54,018 nt of DNA, from contig DATFQU010000349.1 of assembly GCA_035264005.1 (NCBI GenBank), positions 1 through 54,018 on the forward strand, read 5' to 3'. Below the pieces are notes generated by a model, which made no database searches, had not been told where the DNA came from, and worked only from the letters and a program-made list of their open reading frames with translations. Made by a program: the position numbers and the translations under genes. Below are positions 1 through 9,052 of this stretch, piece by piece. How positions within the stretch are numbered: the stretch's first letter is position 1; each line of letters begins with the position of its first letter. This stretch comes from Candidatus Acidiferrales bacterium. Its GTDB lineage: Bacteria; Acidobacteriota; Terriglobia; Acidiferrales; UBA7541.

Positions 1-452
1 AGCGCGTTTCGCGCAGTCATTTCTTTGTGCGCCTGCGCGGTGCGCGCGATCGCTTCATCGAACGTATGCTTCATGGCGATGAAAGCTTTTCGCGCTTTCA
101 TCACGTGAGCGGCAATCGCTACGCCTTCGAGAAGCTGATACGGATTCCGCCGCATCAGCATTCTGTCTTTGAACGTGCCGGGCTCGCCTTCCGTGGCGTT
201 GCAGGCGACGTATTTTGTGGGGCAAGGATCGCTCGAGATGCTGTTCCACTTGATTGCGACGGGAAAGCCCGCGCCGCCACGGCCGCGCAATCCAGATTTC
301 TTGATTTCGCCAATTACCGCTTCGCGTGGCATCGAAACGGCTTTCTTGAGCGCCTGAAGGCCTCCGAGGGCGACGTATTCGTCGAGCGATTGAAGCATCC
401 TGTCGGGCAGGAGATAATTCTTGCCGTTTTGCGAGGCCTGGCTGGTTTCCAT
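1..452 (-). CDS. NADH dehydrogenase 51-kDa flavoprotein-family subunit (NuoF/HoxF-like), N-terminal part; the gene continues beyond the window start
   Basis: Absent from the ORF track because it is open at the window edge. Reverse-strand translation from ATG 452..450 gives METSQASQNGKNYLLPDRMLQSLDEYVALGGLQALKKAVSMPREAVIGEIKKSGLRGRGGAGFPVAIKWNS...YVACNATEGEPGTFKDRMLMRRNPYQLLEG. GLRGRGGAGFP and EPGTFKDR are the NuoF-family NADH/FMN-site motifs. The track ORFs 27..482(+) and 55..519(-) are other frames of this gene. Confidence 0.75.
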   Translation of the reverse strand, partial: METSQASQNGKNYLLPDRMLQSLDEYVALGGLQALKKAVSMPREAVIGEIKKSGLRGRGGAGFPVAIKWNSISSDPCPTKYVACNATEGEPGTFKDRMLMRRNPYQLLEGVAIAAHVMKARKAFIAMKHTFDEAIARTAQAHKEMTARNA

Positions 453-824
453 CCGCTTTCTTTCTCCTGTAGGATCGTATGAATGCAAGCGGGTACGATA
501 ATACGAGCCGCACGGGCATTCAACCGAATGCCAACGGACGGGCGTGACATCGAATCGTAACATAGACAGGTGAACGCGGCGAGCTTCGAAGAAAAATTCG
601 AGGTCGTTCTGCAACGGGATGACCGCGTTAAACGTCAGATGTATATTAGAGAGAAGCAGTGCCGGCCGATTCTTCAGAATGGGCCGGTGGAGGAGCCTCA
701 GCAGGCATCTCGCAGTATTCCCCGTGATTAAGTCAGGGGTGTTGGCTGCGACATATGACAGTTGAGATTGCGGGACTATCGCGCGATAGAGCGAAGAAGG
801 AGCGGAGTCTACGTCCAAGGGAAA

Positions 825-1928
825 ATGAACCTATCCTCGAAGCTGATAACCGTTGTTTGTTCATTAGCGCTGTTGAGTTTGGCGGGCTGCACAGAGCATG
901 CCGCGCCTCCTCCTGCTGTTCCGGTGGTTCCTGTGATGGTGGCGAAGGCGGTAGAAAAGACGATGCCGGTGGAACTGCATGCGATTGGCAGCGGCCAGGC
1001 GCATTCCACTGTTTCGATTGAGTCGCAAGTGGCAGGAATTGTGAGCGGTGTGCATTACACCCAAGGGCAGTTCGTGAAGAAGGGCGATTTGCTAGTCAGC
1101 CTCGACGACCGGCCGTATCAGGCGGCGTTGCAACTCGCACAGGCGAATTTGACCAAGGACAAGGCCAACGCGGCGCTCGCCGATGTGCAGGCGGAGAGGT
1201 ATCAGAAGCTGTATGCGTCTGGCGTAGTGCCCAAGGAGCAATTGGACCAGCAGACTGCGACCGCTGCGGCGGACAAAGCGGCGGTGCAGGCGGACGAAGC
1301 TGCGGTGGAGACGGCGAGATTGAACGTTTCGTTTTGTTCAATCTATGCGCCGATCAACGGACGAACGGGAGCGCAGCTGGTTTATCCCGGAACTGTGGTG
1401 AAAGCGGATGATGTTCCTGTGCTGGTGGTGATTAATGAGATTTCACCGATATTCGTGAATTTTTCGGTGGCGCAACAATACCTCGCGGAGATCAAAAATC
1501 GAATGGCGAGGGAAAAGCTGGCAGTGCAAGCGGTCCCCTCGGACAACTCAGCGCCGGAAAGCGGTTTTCTTAGTTTTGTGAACAATACTGTGGATGCGAA
1601 CACGGGAACAATTCAATTGATCGGGACGTTTCAGAACACCGATATGCGATTGTGGCCGGGAGAATTCGTCACGGTGAGCCTGCGTTTGTCCGAGCAACAG
1701 AACGCGACAGTGGTGCCGTCACAAGCGGTGATGACCGGACAGCAGGGAGATTATCTGTTTGTCGTGACTCCACAAATGACTGTCAATCTGCGGGATGTGA
1801 AAGTGACGCGAACAGACGAGGGACAGTCGGTGATTGCCGCGGGAGTGAAACCGGGAGAAACCGTAGTGACGGATGGGCAAGTGCGATTGATTGACGGCTC
1901 CAAAATCTCAATCAGGACTGCGCTCTAG
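825..1928 (+). CDS. RND efflux periplasmic adaptor (membrane fusion protein, HlyD/AcrA family), probable lipoprotein
   Basis: Track ORF 762..1928. I prefer ATG 825 (aaggga just upstream), which gives MNLSSKLITVVCSLALLSLAGC with a lipobox. The body has MFP hallmarks: a barrel-sandwich segment VAGIVSGVHYTQGQFVKKGDLLVSLD, a coiled-coil hairpin, and IYAPINGRTG. It ends 17 nt before the RND pump gene. Confidence 0.9.
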   Translation: MNLSSKLITVVCSLALLSLAGCTEHAAPPPAVPVVPVMVAKAVEKTMPVELHAIGSGQAHSTVSIESQVAGIVSGVHYTQGQFVKKGDLLVSLDDRPYQAALQLAQANLTKDKANAALADVQAERYQKLYASGVVPKEQLDQQTATAAADKAAVQADEAAVETARLNVSFCSIYAPINGRTGAQLVYPGTVVKADDVPVLVVINEISPIFVNFSVAQQYLAEIKNRMAREKLAVQAVPSDNSAPESGFLSFVNNTVDANTGTIQLIGTFQNTDMRLWPGEFVTVSLRLSEQQNATVVPSQAVMTGQQGDYLFVVTPQMTVNLRDVKVTRTDEGQSVIAAGVKPGETVVTDGQVRLIDGSKISIRTAL

Positions 1929-1945
1929 GAAAGAACAAGACAGAA

Positions 1946-4900
1946 ATGCAGATCGCAGAAAACTTCATCAAGCGGCCGGTGATGACGTGCCTGGTCATGG
2001 CGGCGGTGCTGATTTTTGGCGTGGTCGCTTATCGTAATTTGGCGGTGAGCGATTTGCCGAACGTGGATTTCCCGTCGATCACGGTTTCCGCCAATCTGGC
2101 TGGCGCCAGTCCGGAAACAATGGCGTCATCGATCGCAACGCCCCTCGAGAAGCAATTCACCACGATTCCCGGCCTGGATTCGATGAACTCGACCAGCGCG
2201 CTCGGCAGCACGCAAATTACACTGCAATTCGATTTGAGCCGCAACATCGATGGCGCAGCGCAAGATGTGCAAGCGGCAATCACGGCAGCAGCGAACCAAC
2301 TGCCGCCGAACATGCCGACGCCGCCGACTTTTCGCAAAGTGAATCCCGCCGATCAGCCGGTTCTGTTTCTGGGCGCAACTTCGCCGACCCTTCCGCTTTC
2401 GGAAGTGGATCAGTATGCGGAGACGCTGCTGGGCAATCAGATCTCGATGGTGAGCGGCGTCGCGCAAGTATCGGTTTACGGCTCCACGCCGTATGCGGTG
2501 CGAATCCAACTCGACCCGAAGGAACTGGCGAGCCGGCAGATTGGCATCGACGAAGCAGCGGCGGCGGTGCAGAGCGCGAACGTGAATATGCCTACGGGCA
2601 CGCTCTATGGGGCGCATAAAGCGTTTACGGTTCACGCCAACGGCCAAATGATGAGCGCGGCACCGTATCGCCAGCTCATCGTAGCGTATCGCAACGGAGC
2701 GCCGGTGAGGCTGGATGAGATCGGGCACGTGTACGACAGCATTCAGGACACAAAGCTGGCGAATTGGATCAACAGCGTTCCCGGGGTGATCCTGGCAATC
2801 CAGAAGCAACCGGGAACAAACACGATCGAAATCGACAACGCAATCAAGAAACTGCTCCCAGGTTTTAAGGCGATCATGCCGCCATCGATGATTCTGACGA
2901 TCGAGCATGACCGGTCGATTTCCATTAACGAGTCAGTGAACGACGTTAAGTTCACCTTGCTGCTCGCAATTTTCCTGGTCATTTTGGTGATTTTTCTTTT
3001 TCTGCGGAACGCGTGGGCGACCATTATTCCCAGCCTAGCTCTGCCGATGTCGATCGTCGGCACGTTTGCGGTGATGTATCTGCTGGATTACACGGTTGAC
3101 AACTTATCGCTGCTTGCGTTGACGCTCTCGGTGGGCTTCGTGGTGGACGATGCCATTGTGATGCTGGAAAACATTGTCCGGCACATCGAAAACGGCGAAG
3201 GAGTGCTGGAAGCGTCGCTCCGCGGCTCGCGCGAAATTGGATTCACGATTGTTTCCATGACGCTGTCGCTGGCGGCGGTGTTTTTGCCGGTGTTCTTCAT
3301 GGCGGGAATTCTGGGACGGCTGCTGCATGAATTTGCGGTGGTGATCATCTCGGCGATTCTGGTTTCGGGATTCGTGTCGCTCACGCTGACGCCGATGCTT
3401 TGCAGCCGCTTCCTGCGGCCGCACGCCGGCGAAGTAAAGCACGGAAGGATGTACAACGCGCTGGAGCGAATGTTTGACGCCTCGTTGCGCGGATACGAAG
3501 TGACGCTGCGCTGGTCGATGAGGCACCGCGTGACGGTGATGGTAATCGGCGGATTGCTGCTGGTTGCAACGGCATGGCAATTCATAGTGATTCCCAAGGG
3601 ATTTTTGCCGGATGAAGATCAGGACGAAGTGGCTGGGTTTGCCGAAGCGATTCAGGGCATTTCGTTCGACGCCATGAAAGCGCATCAAGAAAAGCTGAAC
3701 GAGATCGTGAAGGCGGATCCGAACAGCAAGCAGTTCTTCTCAAGCATTCAAGCGTCCGGCACTTCCGGATTGAATATCGGAAGGTTCTACGATCATTTGT
3801 ATGATCGGCCTGACCGGCCGTGGACAGATAGTCCGACGTACGACCATCTCAACGAGAAATACGGCAATGTAACGGTCCTCGGCGCTCTGGTGCATAAGAT
3901 TCGCCCGATTTTCGAGCACCACATGACGATTGCCGACGTGATTCAGGAGATGGAGCCGAAACTGAACAACATTCCTGGCCTGAAAGTTTACTTGCAGAAC
4001 CCGCCATCCATACGCATCGGCGGACAATTAACGAAGAGTTTGTATCAGTACACACTGGTGAGTCCGGATACAGACTCGCTTTATAAGTATGCGCAGATCA
4101 TGAGCGACAAGATGAAAACGCTGCCCAGCGTGACGGACGTGACGACGGATCTGCAAATCAAGAGCCCGCAGGTGGATATTCACATTGATCGCGACAAGGC
4201 TCTGGCGCTCGGCGTGACTCCGCAGCAAATCGAAAATGCGCTGAACACGGCTTACGGGCAGAGGTGGATTTCGACGATCTACGCTCCTACGAACGAATAC
4301 TGGGTGATCATGGAGCTTGAGCCGCAGTATCAGGAAGACCCGCAGATGCTTTCGTATTTGTACGTTCGTTCGTCGGGCGGGCAACTGGTTCCGCTGAACG
4401 CGGTTTCGAGCGTGAGCACGAGCCTGGGTCCGCTGACCGTGAATCATTTGGGGCAAATGCCCTCGGTGACGGTTTCGTTTGATTTGGCTTCGGGAGTTGC
4501 GTTGGGGCAGGCGGTGTCGGAGATTCAGAATTTAGCTTCGAATATCCTGCCACCGACGATCGTCGGAAGTTTTGAGGGAACAGCGCAGGCTTTCCAACAG
4601 TCGCTGACTGGGCTCGGATTGTTGCTGGTGATGGCGATTCTGGTGATTTACATCGTGCTCGGTGTTTTGTACGAGAGCTTCATTCATCCGATTACGATTC
4701 TCTCGGGATTGCCAGCGGCGGCGTTTGGCGCGCTGGGTACGCTGATGCTGTTTCACATGCAACTGGATCTGTTCGGGTTCGTAGGAATCATCATGCTGAT
4801 CGGCATCGTGAAGAAAAACGCGATCATGATGGTGGACTTCGCGATTGAGTTGGAAAAGGCGGGACACATTTTGCCGGCGGAAGCGGCGGTGCAAGGCTGC

Positions 4901-5206
4901 CTGATCAGGTTCCGGCCGATTATGATGACCACGATGGCGGCGATCATGGGGACGGCGCCGATCGCGCTGGGCACTGGCGCGGGCGCGGATTCGAGGCGGC
5001 CGCTGGGTATGTGCGTGGTCGGCGGCTTGGTTTTCGCGCAGATTGTGACGCTGTACCTGACGCCGGTGTTCTATACGTACATGGATTCGTTCCAGAGTTG
5101 GCTGGGACGGAAGGGGCACGAGCACGAACTCACCGAGGGCGAGCGGCGGCGGTTGGCGCAAGAGGGTTTGCTGGTGCCGCATGCGAAGCGCGTGAGCGAG
5201 AGTTAG
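1946..5206 (+). CDS. RND family multidrug/hydrophobe efflux transporter permease (AcrB/MdtB-like, HAE1 type)
   Basis: 1086 aa. The N-terminus is typical: FIKRPVMTCLVMAAVLIFGVVAYRNLAVSDLPNVDFPSITVSANLAGASPETMASSIATPLEKQF. There are two large periplasmic loops and a duplicated 6-TM architecture (..VGFVVDDAIVMLENI.. and ..IGIVKKNAIMMVDFA..). Confidence 0.95.
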   Translation: MQIAENFIKRPVMTCLVMAAVLIFGVVAYRNLAVSDLPNVDFPSITVSANLAGASPETMASSIATPLEKQFTTIPGLDSMNSTSALGSTQITLQFDLSRNIDGAAQDVQAAITAAANQLPPNMPTPPTFRKVNPADQPVLFLGATSPTLPLSEVDQYAETLLGNQISMVSGVAQVSVYGSTPYAVRIQLDPKELASRQIGIDEAAAAVQSANVNMPTGTLYGAHKAFTVHANGQMMSAAPYRQLIVAYRNGAPVRLDEIGHVYDSIQDTKLANWINSVPGVILAIQKQPGTNTIEIDNAIKKLLPGFKAIMPPSMILTIEHDRSISINESVNDVKFTLLLAIFLVILVIFLFLRNAWATIIPSLALPMSIVGTFAVMYLLDYTVDNLSLLALTLSVGFVVDDAIVMLENIVRHIENGEGVLEASLRGSREIGFTIVSMTLSLAAVFLPVFFMAGILGRLLHEFAVVIISAILVSGFVSLTLTPMLCSRFLRPHAGEVKHGRMYNALERMFDASLRGYEVTLRWSMRHRVTVMVIGGLLLVATAWQFIVIPKGFLPDEDQDEVAGFAEAIQGISFDAMKAHQEKLNEIVKADPNSKQFFSSIQASGTSGLNIGRFYDHLYDRPDRPWTDSPTYDHLNEKYGNVTVLGALVHKIRPIFEHHMTIADVIQEMEPKLNNIPGLKVYLQNPPSIRIGGQLTKSLYQYTLVSPDTDSLYKYAQIMSDKMKTLPSVTDVTTDLQIKSPQVDIHIDRDKALALGVTPQQIENALNTAYGQRWISTIYAPTNEYWVIMELEPQYQEDPQMLSYLYVRSSGGQLVPLNAVSSVSTSLGPLTVNHLGQMPSVTVSFDLASGVALGQAVSEIQNLASNILPPTIVGSFEGTAQAFQQSLTGLGLLLVMAILVIYIVLGVLYESFIHPITILSGLPAAAFGALGTLMLFHMQLDLFGFVGIIMLIGIVKKNAIMMVDFAIELEKAGHILPAEAAVQGCLIRFRPIMMTTMAAIMGTAPIALGTGAGADSRRPLGMCVVGGLVFAQIVTLYLTPVFYTYMDSFQSWLGRKGHEHELTEGERRRLAQEGLLVPHAKRVSES

Positions 5207-5422
5207 GGATCTCTCCTCGTTGTTGAAGACGATTCGAATTGTCCTGCCTGCTTGAAAAGCGTTCCAAAAAGAGACTCGGAGGTTGTGCCAATTTCAGACT
5301 GAGTACCATTGACGCGGGCGATGGTGGGTACTAGTATTGAGTGGCGAATCGTAGGTGTTAGCGGGGGAGCTGAACCTAAGATTCACGTTATGTGTTGGTT
5401 AGAGAATTATGAGGGACTCCCC

Positions 5423-5776
5423 ATGACCATCGACAATCAGGATCCCGCCGTTATCCCGTTGGACAACAGAATGCATACAAGACGACGCGCGCCGCGGCTG
5501 AACTCGCGCGTGCCGGTGGCGATTGAATGGCGAGACGGTCTGATGAACCGAGAGTGCCAAGCGGAAGCGCGAACGCGCGTTGTGAATTTCTATGGATGCC
5601 TGTTGGTGGCAGAGCGGCCGATGGTCAAGGAGCAGAAGCTCGTGCTGACCAATCTGACGACGCGGCAAAAAATCGGGGGAACGGTAGTGTTCCGGGGCAA
5701 CAAAGGGCCGGAAGGTTGGGAGATGGGCGTGGAGCTGACAAGTCCGGAAACGGATTTTTGGGGAGTGGAATTGTAA
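5423..5776 (+). CDS. PilZ-domain-like small protein (degenerate second motif)
   Basis: Track ORF 5309..5776 starts at TTG. I prefer ATG 5423, preceded by gaggga. It has an RRRAPR (RxxxR) motif followed by RVPVAIEW and a beta-rich core. The second c-di-GMP motif position reads VVNFYG. It is a paralogue of the next gene. Confidence 0.5.
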   Translation: MTIDNQDPAVIPLDNRMHTRRRAPRLNSRVPVAIEWRDGLMNRECQAEARTRVVNFYGCLLVAERPMVKEQKLVLTNLTTRQKIGGTVVFRGNKGPEGWEMGVELTSPETDFWGVEL

Positions 5777-5890
5777 GAGCATTAGCGACTGCACGGGCGA
5801 CTGCACGTTCACCTTCCATCGTAGGAAGTTCCGCAGAACGAAATTTTCGATCATCCTCAATTCGATTCCGTTTTGAAAAAGAGCGTGGAA

Positions 5891-6262
5891 ATGGGCGCTG
5901 GTAACATGGCGACGGGCGCGCAAGCGATTCCGCATGACGAGCGAAGGCGCAGCCAGCGCGTGGTGCTGCGCGTTTCTGTGAAACTGCATCTCGCGATTGA
6001 AGGGAAGCCGGATCTGATCGCGGCGTTTACGGCGAATGTGAACGTTCACGGGGCGCTGCTGCTATGTCCCGAAAATTTTCTTCCGGGCCAGCGGTTCATT
6101 CTGGAGCATGGAATGTCGCGCGAGCGAATCGGATGCCGCGTGACTCGAAAACCGCAGAGTGGCACCGGGGGATTTCAGGTGCCAGTGGAGTTCGATCAGG
6201 CTGCGCCGGGATTCTGGCACATCACATTTCCGCCCATCGATTGGAAAGTGGAAGAAAACTAG
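5891..6262 (+). CDS. PilZ-domain-like small protein
   Basis: ERRRSQRVVLRVSVKL (RRxxxR) plus NVNVHGALL, which is close to the (D/N)xSxxG motif. The start is ambiguous (GTG/ATG candidates at 5873, 5891 and 5906). The C-terminal G(W/F)..V(E)...FW segment is shared with the upstream paralogue. Confidence 0.55.
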   Translation: MGAGNMATGAQAIPHDERRRSQRVVLRVSVKLHLAIEGKPDLIAAFTANVNVHGALLLCPENFLPGQRFILEHGMSRERIGCRVTRKPQSGTGGFQVPVEFDQAAPGFWHITFPPIDWKVEEN

Positions 6263-6272
6263 AGACGCCGAT

Positions 6273-7265
6273 TTATTTTGCGGCGCGCGCGAAAGGAATC
6301 TGATCGAGGTCGAGATTTCCACCGGAAAGAATTATGCCGATGCGTTTGCCGCGCGCGGAAATTTTGTTGTGAAGAATGATGCCCGCGGAGACCGCACCGG
6401 AGGGCTCGACGATGAGCTTCAGACGTTCCCACAGCAGGCGCATGGTGGCGAGAATTTCTTCCTCGGTGACCAGCGCGATTTCGTCGACGTGCTGGCGGAG
6501 TATCGAAAAAGTGAGCGGGCAGAGAACAGCGCGAAGGCCGTCGGCGATGGTCTGCGTTTTCGCGGCGGGTTCAATTTGCCCGGCGGCGAGCGAGCGATAA
6601 GCGTCGTCGGCGTTTTTTGGTTCGGCGCCGATGACGCGAAGCTGCGGACGCAAAGACTTCGAAGCGATGGCCGTGCCGCTTAGAAGGCCGCCGCCACTGA
6701 CAGGACTGATGACGATGTCGAGATCGAGGATGTCTTCGATGAGTTCGAGCGCGGCGGTGCCTTGTCCGGCGATGACGCGCGGGTTGTTATATGGATGAAT
6801 GAGAATCGCGCCGGTTTTTTCCTGCAGCATTTTGCAGGTGGCGTCGCGCGAAGCCATATCGTATTCGCATTCGGTGACGCGGCCGCCGTAGGCTTCGACG
6901 GCCTGGCGCTTGGCGCGCGGCGCTGCGCCGGGCATGACGATCCACGCAGGAATCCCGCGGCGGCGCGCTGCTAGTGAAAGCGCGGCTCCATGATTGCCGG
7001 AAGAGACGGTGACGACGCCGCGCTTGGCTTCTTCGTCGGTGAGGGAAAAAACGGCGTTGGTCGCGCCACGAAATTTGAATGAGCCGGTCTTCTGCAGATT
7101 TTCGCACTTGAAGAAAAGATGCGCGCCGGTCATGGCGTCGAGCGACTCGGAAGTGAACACCGGCGTGCGATGAATCTGCGGGCGGATGCGTTCGTGCGCT
7201 GCGCGAATGGTTTGTAAATCGGGCGCGGGCGTTGCGGCTGTCTGTTCTGTTTGTGTCGTGGTCAT
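6273..7265 (-). CDS. PLP-dependent threonine/serine ammonia-lyase (threonine dehydratase / serine racemase family, fold type II)
   Basis: 330 aa. It carries the PLP-lysine motif ENLQKTGSFKFRGA, SSGNHGAA, and the phosphate-binding loop SPVSGGGLLSG. There is no C-terminal ACT-like regulatory domain, so it is the short catabolic or racemase-like form. Confidence 0.85.
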   Translation of the reverse strand: MTTTQTEQTAATPAPDLQTIRAAHERIRPQIHRTPVFTSESLDAMTGAHLFFKCENLQKTGSFKFRGATNAVFSLTDEEAKRGVVTVSSGNHGAALSLAARRRGIPAWIVMPGAAPRAKRQAVEAYGGRVTECEYDMASRDATCKMLQEKTGAILIHPYNNPRVIAGQGTAALELIEDILDLDIVISPVSGGGLLSGTAIASKSLRPQLRVIGAEPKNADDAYRSLAAGQIEPAAKTQTIADGLRAVLCPLTFSILRQHVDEIALVTEEEILATMRLLWERLKLIVEPSGAVSAGIILHNKISARGKRIGIILSGGNLDLDQIPFARAAK

Positions 7266-7347
7266 GAGAAGAATTATTGCACGATTGCGAGGCGGCGGCG
7301 AATCGGCTTGAAATGTCGGAAACGAGCAGATTGCACAACGGGATCGG

Positions 7348-7761
7348 CTAGCGGATTGTTTCGATGTAGTGTGCAGGCAACTTCAACCGGAGCGCAAGCG
7401 CGCGCAGCTTCGCGGCGTATTCAGGGTTGCTTTCGCCGGGCGCGGGCGGGACGACGAGATCAAAACACAGTGCGGGCAGATAGGAACCATCCTCCAACTG
7501 GACCAAGACGGCTTCGGGGCGATAGGCCTGGACGCTTGGTTCGGAATACAGTTGCTCAATCTCCGCATGTGTAAGCTGCATCACGACGCCATACGCACAG
7601 TCACTGCCGCTGCGAAGAAGAGTTGCGCGTTGGCCAATGCGAAGTGCGAATCCTGGCAAACAGGCCCGGCGAATGTTGGCCGGCTCTGCTTTTTTCGAGC
7701 GCAGCAGATCTGCGTCCATGAATAAACCGTAGAAGAACACGTCAATGCTGCGTGCTGACAT
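7348..7761 (-). CDS. gamma-glutamylcyclotransferase-like (AIG2/GGACT fold) protein
   Basis: I prefer ATG 7761 (MSARSIDVFFYGLFMD...). The N-terminal hhYG(S/T/L)hM motif and the ~135-aa size fit the GGCT-like family. The assignment rests on motif and size only. Confidence 0.5.
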   Translation of the reverse strand: MSARSIDVFFYGLFMDADLLRSKKAEPANIRRACLPGFALRIGQRATLLRSGSDCAYGVVMQLTHAEIEQLYSEPSVQAYRPEAVLVQLEDGSYLPALCFDLVVPPAPGESNPEYAAKLRALALRLKLPAHYIETIR

Positions 7762-7849
7762 AAGGGTGACCACGATAGCCCAGGCGCGAGAGGCGGTCAA
7801 TGCAGCCACCCGGACAAGTTGCGCATCCTAGTCGGCGAGTAAATACAGG

Positions 7850-9037
7850 ATGCCGCGTTTAGCGCAGGTCTTCGGCTGCGGGATGTTGCTTGCGATTAGT
7901 AGCGCGGCAGCGCTGAGCGCGCGAGCTGGACAACCAGCGCTCAAGCGAGCGCATGCTACAAAAGAGAAAGCGCAACCGCTGACTTCGCCATCCTCGCAGG
8001 GTACAGCTCCCAAGCAGAATCCACAGCAGCAGAACAGCAAACCGTCATTGCCTCCAGGGACGATTCACACGCAAGTGAACGAAATCACGACGCCGGTGAC
8101 GGTGGAGGACAAGAAAGGGAATTTTCTCCTTGGCCTGGAACAAAGCGATTTTCACGTGTTCGACAACGGAGTGGAGCAGCACATCAACCGCTGGGGGATG
8201 GACGATCATCAACTGGCGCTGGCGCTTGTGATCGAGACCAATTCGCACGTCGGCATGATGGCGAAACAGATTCACGGCGCGGGGATTGTGTTCACGGACA
8301 TGGTGATGGCGCTGAGCGGGGAAGCCGCAGTGATCAGCTATGGCGATACGGTGGACGTGCGGCAGCCATTCACGAACGACCATGACGCTGTCGAAAAGGC
8401 GGTGGAAGGATTGAAGTTCAAAGACGACGGGATGCGCTTGTATGACGGGATGTTGCAGGGAACACAAATGCTCGAAAAGCAGCCGGACGATTCCCATCGC
8501 GTGCTGCTGGTGATTGGGGAGGCGCAGGATGGCGGAAGCAAGCACAGGCTCAACGACATCCTGGCGCAGGCGCAAAAAGCGAACATCACGATCTACACCA
8601 TCGGCCTGAGCACTACAGCGGCTGACTTGCGGGCCGATCCGGTGCCGCACAGTCCGGATGATGATCTGGGTGTCAGTTCGGGAGGCAATCCAGTGCCGCA
8701 GGCCTCGACGACGACACCACTGGGAGTGGGCGGCGATGCGTGCTTTTTGTGCGTGGCGGTGTTTCTTGTTCAGCGCGTGACGCACCAGAGGAAAAATCAT
8801 GCGATGGCGGCTGCAGTGCAATCCACCGGGGGCGCGTACTATCATCCGTTTAAGGACAACAATATTCAGTACGCGCTCAACGCGATCGGCAACGAGCTAC
8901 ATTCGCAATATGTCTTGAGCTATCAACTCCAAGGAGTACCGAAGCCAGGAATTCATGAAATTGAAGTGAGGGTTGACCGTGCGCATGTCACAGTCCGCGC
9001 GCGGCTAGGCTACTATTTGGCGCCTCCGCAACCGTAG
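7850..9037 (+). CDS. VWA domain protein of the acidobacterial VWFA-related type (TIGR03436-like), exported
   Basis: It has a signal peptide (MPRLAQVFGCGMLLAISSAAALSARA). The family-typical N-terminal module is present: VNEITTPVTVEDKKGNFLLGLEQSDFHVFDNGVEQ. The VWA core is ALALVIETNSHV...VLLVIGEAQDGGS...ITIYTIG, and the C-terminus is YVLSYQL...GIHEIEVRV. Confidence 0.8.
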   Translation: MPRLAQVFGCGMLLAISSAAALSARAGQPALKRAHATKEKAQPLTSPSSQGTAPKQNPQQQNSKPSLPPGTIHTQVNEITTPVTVEDKKGNFLLGLEQSDFHVFDNGVEQHINRWGMDDHQLALALVIETNSHVGMMAKQIHGAGIVFTDMVMALSGEAAVISYGDTVDVRQPFTNDHDAVEKAVEGLKFKDDGMRLYDGMLQGTQMLEKQPDDSHRVLLVIGEAQDGGSKHRLNDILAQAQKANITIYTIGLSTTAADLRADPVPHSPDDDLGVSSGGNPVPQASTTTPLGVGGDACFLCVAVFLVQRVTHQRKNHAMAAAVQSTGGAYYHPFKDNNIQYALNAIGNELHSQYVLSYQLQGVPKPGIHEIEVRVDRAHVTVRARLGYYLAPPQP

Positions 9038-9052
9038 CAATTCTTCCGAAAA

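Noticed and set aside
27-519. Track ORFs 27..482(+) and 55..519(-) at the left edge
   Set aside because: A third frame on the minus strand (ATG at 452, open to the window edge) encodes an unmistakable NuoF-type N-terminus. The listed ORFs are overlapping non-coding frames.
5309-5422. TTG-initiated N-terminal extension of the first PilZ-like ORF
   Set aside because: The internal ATG 5423 has a gaggga ribosome-binding site, and the paralogue aligns from that point. The extension has no conserved features.
5785-5807. Tandem direct repeat gcgactgcacg-g-gcgactgcacg between the two PilZ-like genes
   Set aside because: There are only two copies of an 11-mer, with no associated dyad or promoter hexamers that I could see. 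It could be a binding site but is equally likely to be a slippage duplication. The evidence is insufficient.
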